DNA of 64,000 nucleotides, taken from NCBI RefSeq assembly GCF_006345805.1, contig NC_043024.1, forward strand, positions 13,020,001-13,084,000, written 5' to 3'. A program made the position numbers and the translations under genes. The stretch comes from Octopus sinensis (taxonomy: Eukaryota). Each line of letters opens with the position of its first letter. The stretch's first letter is position 1. Shown piece by piece: positions 11,775 through 25,353 of this stretch. Below the pieces are notes generated by a model. The model saw nothing but the letters and a program-made list of their open reading frames with translations. It was not told the DNA's origin and made no database searches.

Positions 11775-12965
11775 CTGAAAGTGTTTTATGCTGTAATGTG
11801 ATTGCTTTTCATTTATGTACACTGATGTAAGTAGGGGATACAAACGGTTACATTTATCTGTAAGCTTAATATATGTTCCTGGCAATGGGCGAAAGTAAAC
11901 AAATGAAAATTGGCTCATTACAAAATGAAGTCTCTGATACAGACACTCGATTGGAATACAACAGCAGAAAAATAAGGCAAACGCTTGCTTCTCACCTTAT
12001 GGCCACAAAATACTCCATTCTGTACATACAATAATAAAAACCATGAGCTGTTTAAAACGTTTCTGTAAGACTCTAAGCCGAAACATTGCTACCACACCTA
12101 GAATGATCAGTCTTCTAATGATACGTTTACGGTGGAATAAACAATGAAGATCACGTAGCTGATAAATGTACTGCCACTCACAAACACACACCAGTTTCTG
12201 GTCCCAAGCTGGGTTGCTTCTTCGCACTGTCTTTCAGTGCCTTCTACTACTTCAAGATGGCTTGTCACGTGCCACCACTATACATGCACACATAATTCTT
12301 ATTTTCCCCTCCTTCTTTACCTCTCCAATATTGTGCCTTCAGCTGATACCACACTAATCAACTAAATCTAGAGCCACTTTGCTTCAACCCTTCAGTCCCT
12401 ATAGAAAAAGACGGTCGGCGACTATTCTCCACTCTTATCGAATCTGGACTGTTTTAAGTGCAGGAATATGGGCCAGTCGTTCATTAAATTGTGGGTAGTT
12501 TTTTTCTCACCCAGGTTCTGATTGTTTTGTATTGTCATCAATGTTTCCATAACTTTGCATTTTTACAATAGGGGTGTTCACGCTACGAAAATCCATTTTC
12601 ACATCTGGAAAGAGATACTCCAAAATCGTTTGGCGACAATCCTCCGAAGTGTTTACGTGGAAAACCATATCCGAAGCTTGTACTCCGTTAGCAGGGCGCT
12701 CAATATCATTGCGGCATACAGGCCATTGCATCTCAACATGAACAGGGCCCTGTGATAGTCACATTAACATCTACCACAAATATATTTTCTCCAGTATTCC
12801 GACTCCATTGAAATCCCTCCTTGAACACGTTCCTCCAATGACCGTGGGCCTAAGACTATTCGTAAGGACCTTTAGATATGGTGACTCACTGTATTTGGAG
12901 GACCTTAGGGAGAGGGATACAAACAATTTCTTCAAATCGAAATAATAATACAGAAACCTCAATTG
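11775..12965 (-). pseudogene. Cluster of exon-like segments with canonical splice sites (lncRNA, UTR or decayed gene)
   Basis: Acceptor/donor pairs: ttttcaag|12965 or ccctaag|12903 to 12890|gtgagt; atcacag|12749-12511|gtgaga (open, GPVHVEMQW...EPG); ttctatag|12398 or gtacag|12019 to 11996|gtgaga; attgccag|11878-11775|gtaacc (open in one frame). Joined frames hit stops. Confidence 0.35.
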
Positions 12966-13114
12966 CTTGAAAAGATACATAGAAAACAAGGCACAAAAAA
13001 TAATGTAGGGATCTGGATAAAAACGAGTGAAATATTATTGACATGAAGTTAAACAACAACAAAACTAAGTAGAAAGTATCTTGGTTGTTGGAAGCAGAGG
13101 ATAGAAACATCAGG

Positions 13115-13880
13115 ACATGCACACGGTCACTCGGACAGCCATTGTGACTAGCTACGCTGATAATACAAAGTCATCACAGGCAAAAAAATTATCGACGTTG
13201 CAATCTTCAACGGGACTTGAATTCGATATTCAAGTGAACCGAATGATACAACATTCGGTTTAATGTTGGAAAATTTCAAGCACTGCACTATCAAAGCACA
13301 AATGTACTACAGCCTGCATATACAAGACTCGAATGTACTGCAATCCCAGAGTCACAAGTTGAGAAAGACTTAAGGGTCAGTATGTGCAATGATGCATCAA
13401 TTTATATACACATCATCAAGATGGCAGAAAAGTGAAAACAACTGGCAGGATGGATACTAAAGGCCTCCAAGTCAAGAGACCAAGAAACTATGTTGGCCCT
13501 ATGGAGAACATTTGTTCTTAGCCGCCTGGACAACTGCTCCCAGTTATGGTCACCTCATAGTACCAAAGTAACAGCGGAGCTTGAAGCAGTCCAACACCAC
13601 TAAACTAAAAAGATTGAAACAGTGCAATGGATGAGCTATAGGGATATGCTGAGAAAACTGCAAATTTATTCCCTGGAACGAAGGCGTTACAGATATGTAA
13701 TAATGTATATATGAAAAACTCTAGAAGGGCTAGTATCTAATTTCGGCATTGAGTGTTATACAAATGCTAGAACTGGCTGCCATTGTATTGTACCAAAGGT
13801 ACCATCTACTCCGTCTAGATTCAGGACCAGGTACTACAATAACCCAGGGTTCAAAAGCCCACAACTCTCCAATGCCCTGT
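13115..13880 (+). mobile_element. CR1-clade LINE, degraded RT C-terminal region
   Basis: TSYADNTK (YADD box), LQRDLNSI, EKDLRV, LWRTFVLSRLDNCSQLWSP, LQIYSLERRRYRY; several stops and frameshifts. Confidence 0.9.
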
Positions 13881-14090
13881 CGGAATGAAAGCGATACACC
13901 TTTTGTCGTATCCCCTGATAATTTGGGATTCAATGTTGTTGTCCATCATTTGTTTCACCAGAAGGCGTGTTTCATTGCATAGTGTGGGTGCGTTTAGGTT
14001 GCGTATGAGGATGACAGGGAAATCGAGTTTTGAGTGAAGTTCATAGAGGAGCTTGGGAGTTGAGAAACTCTGTTGGAAATTGTGTAACCT
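13881..14090 (-). mobile_element. Helitron RepHel PIF1-like helicase fragment
   Basis: LHSKLDFPVILIRNLNAPTLCNETRLLVKQMMDNNIESQIIRG...AFIP matches the LKVGxPVILLRNLxxxxLCNGTRL...FIPRI helicase motif. Confidence 0.85.
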
Positions 14091-16944
14091 GATCGTGTGT
14101 ATGTGTGTGTGTGTGTGTGTGTGCCCGTGTTTGCGTATAATAAATCCCATTTTCCAGAGTGCTGTTACACGTTGCTGGTTAATTCGACACAATTCCAGTC
14201 CACGCATGCTCCATAATATCTCGTTGTGAGTAGCGACCGACGACATGGTTGCTGAGTGCAATGTTCTGAAGCCCAGCTTCTGAGTATTATCTAGCTATTT
14301 CTGGACTCCCGATTTCCTTCCATTTTCTCGTACACCTTTTCTTAATATCTTTTCTAAACAACTTACTATTCTGCATATTCTAACACACACACACACTCGC
14401 TTTATTTCGTTCGATCTTGTATAAAATTCTTTTAACTTATTCTTTCTATCATTTCAATTTTCTTTCACATCCTTTTATCTCATATTTTTATTCCTTTCCT
14501 ACTCTCATTGTATTTCTCTCCCTTGGTAATACATATCTACATACATACATCCATATACATATATTCACGATGTCACTATTTCTATCCTTTTACCAGCTTC
14601 CCTTTTTTTTGGGGGGGGTCTCCACTGCCTTTCTCTCTCTCTAATATATTTATCTGTCTTCCTAACCTTCTCACTGTCATATTATCCGCCTTTGTGTCTC
14701 CCATTTTCTCTCTCTCTCTCTGTCCCTCATTCCTCTCCCTCGTGTAAATCTAATTTTCCATCGATCACCCATAATGTTGCATAAAAGAACAAAAGAAAAA
14801 AATAAACATCGAGGGAAAAAAATTGAAACACAAGAAGCGAGGAATGATAAAGCAACAGTGAAACAAAAATGGAAGAACAGAGCAACAACAACAACAGCAA
14901 CAACAACAACGGCTAGAAAAATCTTTAGAAACAAAAAAAAGCTACAAATATGAAAAATATAAAATGGCAGAATTTTAGTGAACATTGAAAAGACATTTGT
15001 AAAAATAAGAAAGGGAAAAAAATCTCGCTGAACCTTGCCTCACTTTTGCTCTCGTTTGGGACTGATTATAACATCTTCAGTTGCCGGAGGGGGGTCAATG
15101 GTTTTATTTTTATTATTTTTTTTTTTGCTTTCGTTTGGTTTATTTGTTTCTTTTTTTTTTTAATATATTTCCATCTTTATGGCGATCAGCAATCACATGT
15201 TAATATAATCAGATCAAAAACAATATTTTAACTCTTCTGTCAAATGTTCAGAATCCTCATATTGTTTTTTTTTATTCTTCCTCCAGTAATTTACATTTTA
15301 CCATCATCATCATCACCACCACCACCACAATCATCAACAAAAACATCATCATCATCATCATCACCACCACAATCATCAACAAAAAAATCATCATCATCAC
15401 CATCATCATCTGTATTAGTGGTTGTATTTGCCGTATGGCTTTCGCAATAGTGTTTTTTTTATGTAGTTTTCGTTCTGGCTTTTTCCTTGTGATGTTGATT
15501 GTACATGCTTTTTTCCCCCAACCGTGTTTTCTGTATAATTTTTATTTGTTTCTGGATTATTTTTGTTCCAAATTTTGTAACGGTTATATTTGCAGTTTTG
15601 CTGGGTTTGGTAATGGTTGTGTACGAATGGTTTTCGTTACAGCTGTGATTATGGTTGCTGTTTTTTATGATAGTTACGGTATCGTTTTTCATTACAACTA
15701 TGGTTATGTTTTTTCAATTTATGTGAGAATTGTTTTTTTGTCTTTATGATTTTCGTTATCGTTTGCTCTTTTATCTTCTTCATTTTCGTTCATTTAATTT
15801 ATTTGTTTTCTGAAATAATTTTCTTGTTTTTCATTTTTGCTCCTTTCGTTTTTGGTTCGTATGGATATTTCAAAATACGATCACACCAGCTCAATGCTAC
15901 AATGCCATGGTTACTGACATTACCGTTTTGATACATATATTTGTTTATATTTATATATATTTTTTAGAATATTATTGAATTGTTAAAAATGTTGAGATAA
16001 TCTGCTCTTGAGTAGAGGAAATCTGAGTGTTCGCAACATTTATTACAACAAGAATAATAACTATAAAATACAGCTACAAAAATTAGCAACAACGACATAC
16101 ATAACAAAAAAGAACAACAAAAAGAGTCACATTATTTAACAACTACATCAGTACGGCAGCCATAATAACAACAAGCAGAGCAAAAATTATTAACGTTCTT
16201 TATAACATCAACAATCAGAACAACAACAAAATTAATAACATTCTTCACATGAACAATCGAAAGAATAACAAAATGAACAACAATATCCACCAAGTAGAGA
16301 AAACTGGCACCAATTCTTCACAACATTACAACGATTTTATGGAAAATAACGAAAAAAGCGTAATAAACGAAATAAAAAGAAAAACTATGTCAGTTACTCA
16401 ACGAAAAAATGATTGTAACGATTTACACCTCTCAGTCGCAATATAACATTCATATTTTGACAGAAAGGTTAATTAAAATGAAACATTACTAACTGTAATT
16501 AGTGGGGACTTCCAGGATTACGAAGATTGGTAGCAATGAATTATGAGAACAGTATTTTCCAAAAATATGCTGAACGCTCGAGCGTCTGACAGACCACAGT
16601 GCAGCCATGTTTTCAGCGCTTTGCGATTCGAGATCGATGTTGCTTTACATATTTCTGGGACGGATATTCAAAGTAGCTGTTATATAATGGGGTGGGGTAC
16701 ATTGTCTGTCTGTGTGTCTGCCTATTTCCGTCTCTCAATCGATGATTTTTGAACTCAGCAGTCTGCGTAATTGAGTTCCTACTGCATTCACTTGTCCCCT
16801 TTTGATGGATTTCTGAAAAAACCATTCGATTAGGGACGAAATGAATTTAGAAACTTAAGCAAGAACGCTGAATGCTACAGATATAAACTTCACTGATTAG
16901 GCAATTAGACAGCTACAATTATAAGTATAATTATATTAGATTAT

Positions 16945-17085
16945 AATTGTTTCTAATTTTGTGACAAGGCCAGCAATTTTAGGCAAAGTTGAGCTAAGCA
17001 AGATTTGAGCTCACAACATAAAGGTCCTTGAAAAACACTTGATCATTTAGTCCAGCGTTCTAATGAGTCTAACTATTCTTTGCCT
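16945..17085 (-). mobile_element. SINE family B, diverged and internally deleted
   Basis: Tail ctaattttgtgacaaggccagcaatttt resembles the tails at 31085 and 60780; gatttgagctcacaacataaag...ccagcgttctaatg resembles the head. Confidence 0.5.
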
Positions 17086-17087
17086 CA

Positions 17088-17200
17088 GTGATATATCATG
17101 TGACCACGCGATGATAGACCAGACTATAGGATGCTGTTATACAGTGTTGGTCACAATCGTTTTATCTTTCGAATGATGCACCCGACTAGCTACAGGAAGT
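17088..17200 (-). mobile_element. SINE family C tail type 1 fragment
   Basis: agaccagactataggatgctgttatacagtgttggtcacaat...ttcgaatgatgcacccgactagcta aligns with 3325-3425. Confidence 0.55.
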
Positions 17201-18532
17201 AGCTACAATGATACACAATAAAAAAAAATTCTAATTTTGGAATACAGAAACAAATTTGAGGGAAAAGTGGAATGAAGGATATGCAATTTTAACAACCCTG
17301 ATAGGATGAAATGCAATTGTAACCTTTGGAGAATTTTAACTCAGAATTTAAACTGTCAGAAGAAATCCGCTGACTATTTCGTTCTGTGCGCTAATGGTTC
17401 TGAGAAAACAATAGACCGTGCAAGATGTTGATGCTATCAACCAAATCTTGAGCCATACATTATTTTTCGAGAGTCCAACAGTGGTTCTAAATAAGGGGGA
17501 TATTAACAAAAATGAGGACCCAATTTCGCTGCATGCTATAAAAGGTAGATTAACTCTCAAATACTTCTACCCACTGTGATTCTCCATTGGCGGAATATTA
17601 GGGAAACAACAACAAAAGCGGGATAAACTCAATAACGCCAACCAATTAGAATTCCTTCGTAAAGAATAAAATTAATAAAAAGTAGTGTTTTTTTCGTCTC
17701 TTGAACCAATTTCCAGTTACCATTTATTAGAAAAGATCCTTTCGCTAAAACTGTTAACAGCATCTTAACTAATGTCTTTTCCAGCAGAAGGCGTCTCTGC
17801 AAAATCTATTCTTTAAGAAAACAACTAGTTCCGACACTAATTTTCTAAATGGAAGTAAAATGAATTACCAGAAGGCAAAGGAATAAGAGGCTCATTTTAG
17901 ACATCGCCATTCCATTACTTTACAATAAAGGTTTGCAACACGTTCGATGGAAGACAATAAGTACAGGGGAAAGAAAATCCTCAAAATTAGGAGACAAAAA
18001 AAGATTACTTAGGAACGGTTTTAAATACGTTCAACTGTAGCGTATACAAACATTTGTTTCTGTATTGTGTCATACGCTGTGTTAAATTATATATATGCTG
18101 GTTTCTTTGTCCTGTTTTTATTCTTTATGTGTACTGTATTTTTATTTGTATTGCTTTTACGTCCTGTTCTTGTCACTGTTTTTCTTTTTTTACCCCTCTG
18201 CAAAAGAATTTCATTTAATTCATTTTGCAGGAAGGACTACTTTGGACGGATGGTGTTCTGCCCTTACCTTCGAAACTCGCATTGAGTAGAACCAGGGGCA
18301 GCTGATGAAGGGGAATATTCCTTGTATTGTTTGTCTTGTACTCTGTTTTTTCGTTGTTAAAAAAAATCCGTTTCCTTGTTTGTTTTTATGTTTCCGTTTC
18401 TCGTTGTCTTCTACATTTATTTGTGCTGTCCTGTACTCATATATATATGCATATATATATACATATAGATGTAGGTATGTACATATCTGTATGTCTGTAT
18501 GCATTGTTTTATTTGTTAAATTATTATATATA

Positions 18533-18582
<50 letters not shown>

Positions 18583-19189
18583 TATATATATAAAAATAGA
18601 TAGGTAGATATAGATATTGAAAAATATGCAAAAGATAGCTCTGTAGGTATGTACGCATGTGTATTTATCGGAATCGATGTGCGTATGAATATATGTTTGT
18701 GCGTAAGTATATACAGGCGTGTGGATGTCTAACCTACTTGTAATAATCTATGTCGCCATGAAAGGGTGTTATAGAAATCATTATACGACTTGGCACGCTA
18801 CAATGTATCACTGTTTCTCTTTTTCTTCGCATCAAACCTCGATAAAATCATTCATTTTGTAAGTAACACGTACGAGTTTGATTTAATATAAAGAATGTTA
18901 TTAGAAAGTCGGCCATATTTTATGGGTTCGTCTCTCACTTTTTCTCCCTCTCTCTCTTCTTCCATACTTAATAATAGAGATATAAATATCACACAAAAAT
19001 CGCATATAATTTGAGCTGCCTATTTTATATTCTCGAGACGTCTGCAGCACTACAGTGTTCAGGAAAGTTCGATGCTGCATTTTAAACGGGAAAATATTTC
19101 ATTGAGAGACGTCATTTAATTTTCTCCATCAGAAAAGTGAATGTTGTGCCATGTTATTAGTAAAAGAACTAAGAACAGCCGCTGCTCGC

Positions 19190-19570
19190 TTCCAGCCTTC
19201 CTTTTAACGCCTCTCTCTCTTCGTTCCTCCTTCTCTTTCTCTCTCTTCGTCCTTCCCTCTCTCACTCTTCATCCATCCTTCTCTCTCTCTCTTCGTCTTT
19301 CCTTCTCTCTCTATTTGTCCCTCTCTCTCTCACTCTTCGACTCTCATTCTCTCACTTCGTCCCTCCCTCTCTCATTCTTCGTCTCTCATTCTCTCTCACT
19401 CTTCGTATCTCCTTCTCTTTCTCTTCATCCCTCCCTCTCTCACTTTTTGTCTCTTCTCTCACTCTTCGTCCCTCCCTCTCTCAGTCTTCGTCCCTCCCTC
19501 TCACTCTTCATCCTTCCCTCTCTCACTGTCTCTCTCTCTTTCTTTCTGTCTTCCACTCTTTTTCTCTGCA
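19190..19570. repeat. Polypyrimidine degenerate minisatellite (ctctcactcttcgtccctcc-like unit)
   Basis: Directly visible CT-rich repeated unit. Confidence 0.85.
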
Positions 19571-20091
19571 CACACACACACACTATATACATATTCACAC
19601 ACACACACGTACTATATACATATTCACACACACACTCTGCCTGCCTGCCTACCTACCTACCTACCTACCTACCTTCCTACCTGTCCGTCCTAATAATCCA
19701 ACTGCCCACCTATTCGTCTCTCTTATTGTCTCCCTATTTTGCTATCCACCCACCTACTCAACCACCAAACCGCCACCCTACCATCCACCACCATCCACCT
19801 AAGCAGCTCTCTTTCTCTCGTACATCTCTCTCGCGGTATTGTTGATCTTGCCACAATGTAGATGTCATAATCAGATTGTATCGTCAAAGAAAGCTTGTTT
19901 GCCATAAGCTCGGTGCATTTTTGGATACGGAGCCTAATGCACAGCAAAGGTGAGCGTCGGTAAGCTCCTTGGTGCGGAGGTCAGATATTCCTGATCAACG
20001 GCTGAATCGCATGGAAAGGAAATGGAAAAGATAAGGAAAGTAAAGGTGACGGGGGTGGGGGAGAAATTAGAAAAATATTATAGGGTAGCTA

Positions 20092-20350
20092 GGAAGAAGA
20101 AGAAGACGAGGAAGAGGAAGAAGAAGAGGAAGAATAAGAAGAAGAAGAGGAAGGAGACGAAGAAGAAGAGGAAGGAGACGAAGAAGAAGAAGAAGAAGAA
20201 GAAGAAGAGGAAGGAGAAGAAGGAGACGAGGAAGAAGAAGAAGAAGAAGGAGAAGAAGGAGAAGAAGAAGAAGGAGAAGAAGGAGAAGAAGAAGAAGAGG
20301 AAGGAGACGAAGTAGAAGAAAAAGAAGAGGAAGGAGAGAAGAAGAAGACG
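20092..20350. repeat. Compound (GAA)/(GGA) polypurine tract
   Basis: Directly visible; explains the poly-K, poly-L and poly-S ORFs. Confidence 0.95.
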
Positions 20351-20495
20351 TATCCAGTTTGTAATAAATCTTTGGCATTTCTATCCATCATAGGTTGTGT
20401 ATGTATAAATATCGAAACACACAAACGAACTCACAGACAGATGCCATCACAGAGAGAAGAAATGTAGAGAGGGAGAGGAATAGAGAGAAACAGAG

Positions 20496-20526
<31 letters not shown>

Positions 20527-20981
20527 GGGGAATAAATAAAGACGGTGAGAGGCAGCATTGATCGCACATAAAGACGTAAAGCGGTCACGTGTCTTTTGCA
20601 TGGAGACGGTCTCCATGCAGGTCTCAGATCACACTTTGGTAAATATAATGAGAACTAACTTTATGTGAGGACATTTCGAGATGACCTTCGACATTTAGTC
20701 AGGATCGGATTTATGCGCCAAAATTAGAATTTTGTTTCCTCGCCCCCATAGTGGATTCAGAAACTGTGACTGTCTGCGCAGGTCTGGACATAAAATATAT
20801 TTGCTTTCTCTTCATCTCTCCCTCACGAAAGTCACTTGAATATTTCCTGCTTTTACAACTACAAATGCAATAATCTGTTGTGCGAATGAAAATAATGCCT
20901 ACGTTTACGAGTAGGACTGTTAAATGACCTCCTCGTTCGAGGCTGATATAGTTGTCTCTTCTTATTGTTAATTATAGCTAA

Positions 20982-21370
20982 CTAGCAGTATCGCCCAGCG
21001 TTGCTCGGGTTTGTAAGGGAAATAACTATATAAGCATTTTTAGAGAGTTATAACCAAAAAATAGCAAAAAAATGCATTAAAAATGGAAAAGAAATGATGG
21101 TAATTTTTTTAAAAAACGTTGACTCATCGTAGATATTTTTAGAGAGTTACTTCCCTTATATAATAGCGAAAAAAATGCATTAAAATGGAAAAAATTATTT
21201 TTTTTTAATCGTAGACTCATCGTAGACGCGCGCTAATACCCAGAAGGGCTCGATATGAATCACGACTATAAGATACCCGGTTTTGGTTAAACTGCACCGC
21301 AAAATGTGGGAGTAGTTAGGAATCTAATTCGTAGGAGACAGACACACAACTTCACTTTTATATATAAAGA
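20982..21370 (-). mobile_element. Complete non-autonomous Helitron (389 bp)
   Basis: The minus strand begins TC(TTTATATATAAAAG), ends with an imperfect GC hairpin (20994-21009) followed by CTAG, and is inserted between A (21371) and T (20981) with no TSD. It has an internal approximately 110-bp tandem duplication. Confidence 0.88.
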
Positions 21371-22530
21371 TATTATGCTGGTAGCTGTGGCGTAATCCCG
21401 TGCCTATTCTTTAAAGTAAAACCCTTATCAGAGCTTCTCCATTCCAAAGCATGACGTCGTTATCTCGAAGATCTGGGACTATTTTACCTAACGTCGCCTC
21501 ATATTACGACACTGGAGGCTGTTCGATCTGGTTGCCCAGAAGAAAGTCTAAGCTAAGAGCATTAGATGTTTAGTAAGAAAGCTAGAGAATGTATACGGCA
21601 ACAAAGACAAAAAACGGAGAACACGGTACACAATTATTAATACAAACAAGAATATAACAACAGGTGTCTTTCGACTGAGGACGAATCAAATTGGGCTGGC
21701 GCACGCGCGCGCGTGTATATATATATGCGTGTGTATATATATATATATATGCGTGTGCATGTATATATATATATATAACGTATATAGCTTGTATATCCAG
21801 TTAATAACGAAAAGCAAATAGAGATAAAGTTAATCATTTATTAACAAATTGGTCATCTTCGCTTCATACAGCCGTTTCGATCAATACTCAACATTTTAAT
21901 TACAATTCCGTATATTAAAATATTGAGTCGTTAAGACGCACGATGGATATAGTCTTATGCCATCATTTTTTTCTGGTCAAAGCTCCATTCACTCAGGTGG
22001 GTGACAAAGGAGTACCGTCACCTAGGTATTATAAATAACGTATATGTACATAAGTCTATACAGACGATTCTCAGATAATCTTACAAAGTGCACAATCACC
22101 GTTAACAATGCAATATAATTGCGTAATATTTTCTTCACTCATGTGTCTACTTCAGGCTTTATCACACGATATCTTCTACGTGATATACTCTATTATAATT
22201 CTGAATATGTGGCAGTTATCTTCGCTTTCGTAATCTCACGGGTTAAGTTATTTCTTACTTTTTCCGTTCAGTCAGCGTCCATTTTTCAGAGGAACGACGT
22301 CAGATTGTGTCAAACCAAAGATAGGCATCTGTTTATTCGCCATCTTGGGTGTTGCTATTCATTTTTCAATCAGTCAAGTAGCCGTTTGATGAAGAAGTTG
22401 TACAAGGAGACTCCCACATAAATACGAATATTATACTACAGTTCTTATATATACACACATATATATACACACATATATATACATACACAGATATACATAT
22501 ATATATATATATATACATACACAGATATAC

Positions 22531-22557
<27 letters not shown>

Positions 22558-22562
<5 letters not shown>

Positions 22563-22643
22563 TTGAAGTATTAATTTATAATTTGATAACATATATATAT
22601 ATACATATATATATATATTTGAAGTATTAATTTATAATTTGAT

Positions 22644-22650
<7 letters not shown>
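22558..22650. repeat. Tandem duplication of an approximately 58-bp unit
   Basis: atttgaagtattaatttataatttgataaca occurs twice. Confidence 0.9.
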
Positions 22651-22679
<29 letters not shown>

Positions 22680-23618
22680 GCATGTGTGTATGTGTGTGTA
22701 AATATATATGCATATATATAATACACACATATATGCATGTGTATATATGTTCATATAGACATGTATATATATGCATTTATGTATACATATTTAGAAATAC
22801 ACACACTTATACGTATATGTATTTTTATGTATATGTATATGCGCGTATGTGTGCATGTATGCGTCTATATATATTTCTGACTATATATACGCACACATGC
22901 ATTTTTATATATGTATTATACACATACAAACGTATAACAATTGCACACACATACATACACGCACACAGACACAAGTGTGTGTGTGTGTGTGTGACATTGT
23001 AATATTTTGGTGTGTATGTGTATGTATTTGCATACGCCTGCGTAAGAGGACAACTATTGGAATCTTTTTACGGATACAATAACATCTATTGTTTATAATA
23101 TGCCGTCAAACAATTGTTTCAATACGAAAACAAGAACAACAGCAACAGTTACTGGAACTCAAAGAGAAAGAAAATCCATTTCAGACACAAAGCTTAGAAA
23201 AGAGCAAAGCGACGACGACGATTTATAATAATAATAATAATAATAATAATATATACATATATATCTCTGTGCATGCGTGTATATGTGTGTGTGTGTTAGA
23301 ATGTGTGAGTGAGCATATTGGCGTGTGTTCATTTTATATGTATAAAATTGGGCTTTTATAAGTGTGTGTAAATATGCATACATGGCTGTATATATGCAAA
23401 TATATATGTATATATATATATATATAACTATATACATGTATATGTATACATATGTATATATGTGTATATGTATATATATATATGTATATATACATATATG
23501 TATATATATGTATGTATATATACATATATATATGTATATATATGTATGTATATATACATATATATATATATGTATATATATCTGTATATTTATATCTATA
23601 TACATGTATATTTATATG

Positions 23619-23659
<41 letters not shown>

Positions 23660-23819
23660 TATATATATATGTATATATATAATATATGTAAATATATTTA
23701 TATGTATATATATATATATATCTGATCAATCTAGAGAGAGAAACGAAATAATACAATAATTGTGCTCTTACGTAGACGGAATATTTATAATTTCTTTTAC
23801 CGTTGGTCTCTGAACATTG

Positions 23820-24224
23820 CTGTTTCTATAATGTTTATTATTGGCGGTGGTGGTGGTGGCGGCGGGGGGTGGGGGTGGAATACTGCTGGTGATGGTGGCG
23901 ATAGCGTTGGTGGTATTGCGGGCAGGGGTGGAAGCGTAGGTGTCGGTGCTAGTGTTGTCGGGGTTGGCGTCGGTGGCGACGGTGCTCCTGTTGTTCTCGT
24001 TGTATTTCTTCTTATTTTTAATCTGCTTCATGCTATTACGTTGCATTCGTTTGTCATAATGATGGAGACGACCATGATGATGATGATGACGATGAGGAAC
24101 ATCATCATCATCATCATCACGACCATTATTATTATTATTATTACTATTGGTAGTAGAAGTACTACTACTACCGTTGTTATTGTTACTCTTATTATCATTA
24201 TTATCATTATTATTATTATTATTA

Positions 24225-24258
<34 letters not shown>

Positions 24259-24533
24259 AGTGTTTCTTCTTATGTTCTGTGTTTTCCGAGTGCTATTTCT
24301 TTTCTTTAAGTATCATTGTTATTAGAGGTGTAGTCTCTGTGAAGTCAATAGCTAAGGTCAAAATCGCCATTGTTATTATCATTATCATTATTATTATTAA
24401 TATTATTATTATTAATATTATTATTATTATTATTATTACTATTGTCATAACCATCATCATTAGCAGCAGCAACAACGTTAGCATCATTATCATTATTAGT
24501 ATTCTCTTTGTTGTTTCTCTTGTTGCTATTGCG

Positions 24534-24564
<31 letters not shown>

Positions 24565-24620
24565 TATTATTATCTTTATTATTACTATTATCTTTATTAT
24601 TATTATTATTATTATCATAA
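23820..24620. repeat. Low-complexity trinucleotide tract (GGT/GAT/ATT)
   Basis: Directly visible. Confidence 0.85.
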
Positions 24621-25318
24621 ATGTCGTTATTATAATCACAGCTGCTATGTTTGGGGAAGAGCTTACATGTTATTTCCTACACTGAAACAAAGAAAAGCTT
24701 GTGAATGGTTTTACTCGTTGTAGTGGCCATGGTGATGGTGGCTGATGCTGGTGGTGGTGGTGGTGTTTGTGATGTTTTGAGTTGGTGGTGTGGAAGGAAG
24801 AGGGTAGCGTTCAGGAATGACAAATCCTATTAAAAGAATGTGGTATGGATAAAGACTTTGAAAGGTTTGGTCGTAGCTGTTTCCATGTTCGAGCTTCCAC
24901 GTTTTTTGTTTTCGTTTCTTTGTCTTTCTTCATTGTTGTTTTGTTAGAGACCTAAGTTAATATTGAGTTGGGAAACGAGAAAGACAGACAAAGATAAAGA
25001 GAATATGAAAGAGAAAGAAAGAGAAGGAAAGAGAGAGAGAGAAAGAGATTCAGAGGCAGAGACAGACTAAAAGAGAACGTGCGTGTTTCTGTGTGAGAGC
25101 ATCAGAAGTAGAAGAGAGTCGAAGAAGCGCGTGAGAAGGAGAGAAAGATAGAAGTATTGAAAAATATATAAAATGCATAAGAAAAGGTGTGTGTAAGAAT
25201 TCCTTTCTTTAGTGTGTTACTTTATAATTATATCTATATGCGTGTGTGTGTTTCTATATATCAAAGTATTATATATGTATGACAGAGAAATACATAGAGG
25301 GACGGCGGAGAGATATGG

Positions 25319-25353
<35 letters not shown>

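Noticed and set aside
12000-12330. C2-domain-like (KTVRRSNPAWDQKL) or CUB-like (GVFCG) peptide hints
   Set aside because: Motifs are too short and are interrupted by stops; they cannot be distinguished from chance without a search.
19141-19845. 234-aa Leu/Ser-rich ORF
   Set aside because: CT-rich minisatellite plus CA and CCTA repeats.
20022-20424. Poly-Lys/Glu, poly-Leu and poly-Ser ORFs
   Set aside because: (GAA/GGA)n tract with no unique coding context.
21840-22420. Possible Tc1-like transposase N-terminus
   Set aside because: No convincing motif or TIR pair found.
23762-24620. Gly/Ile/Leu-run ORFs resembling membrane proteins
   Set aside because: GGT/ATT/TTA repeat translations.
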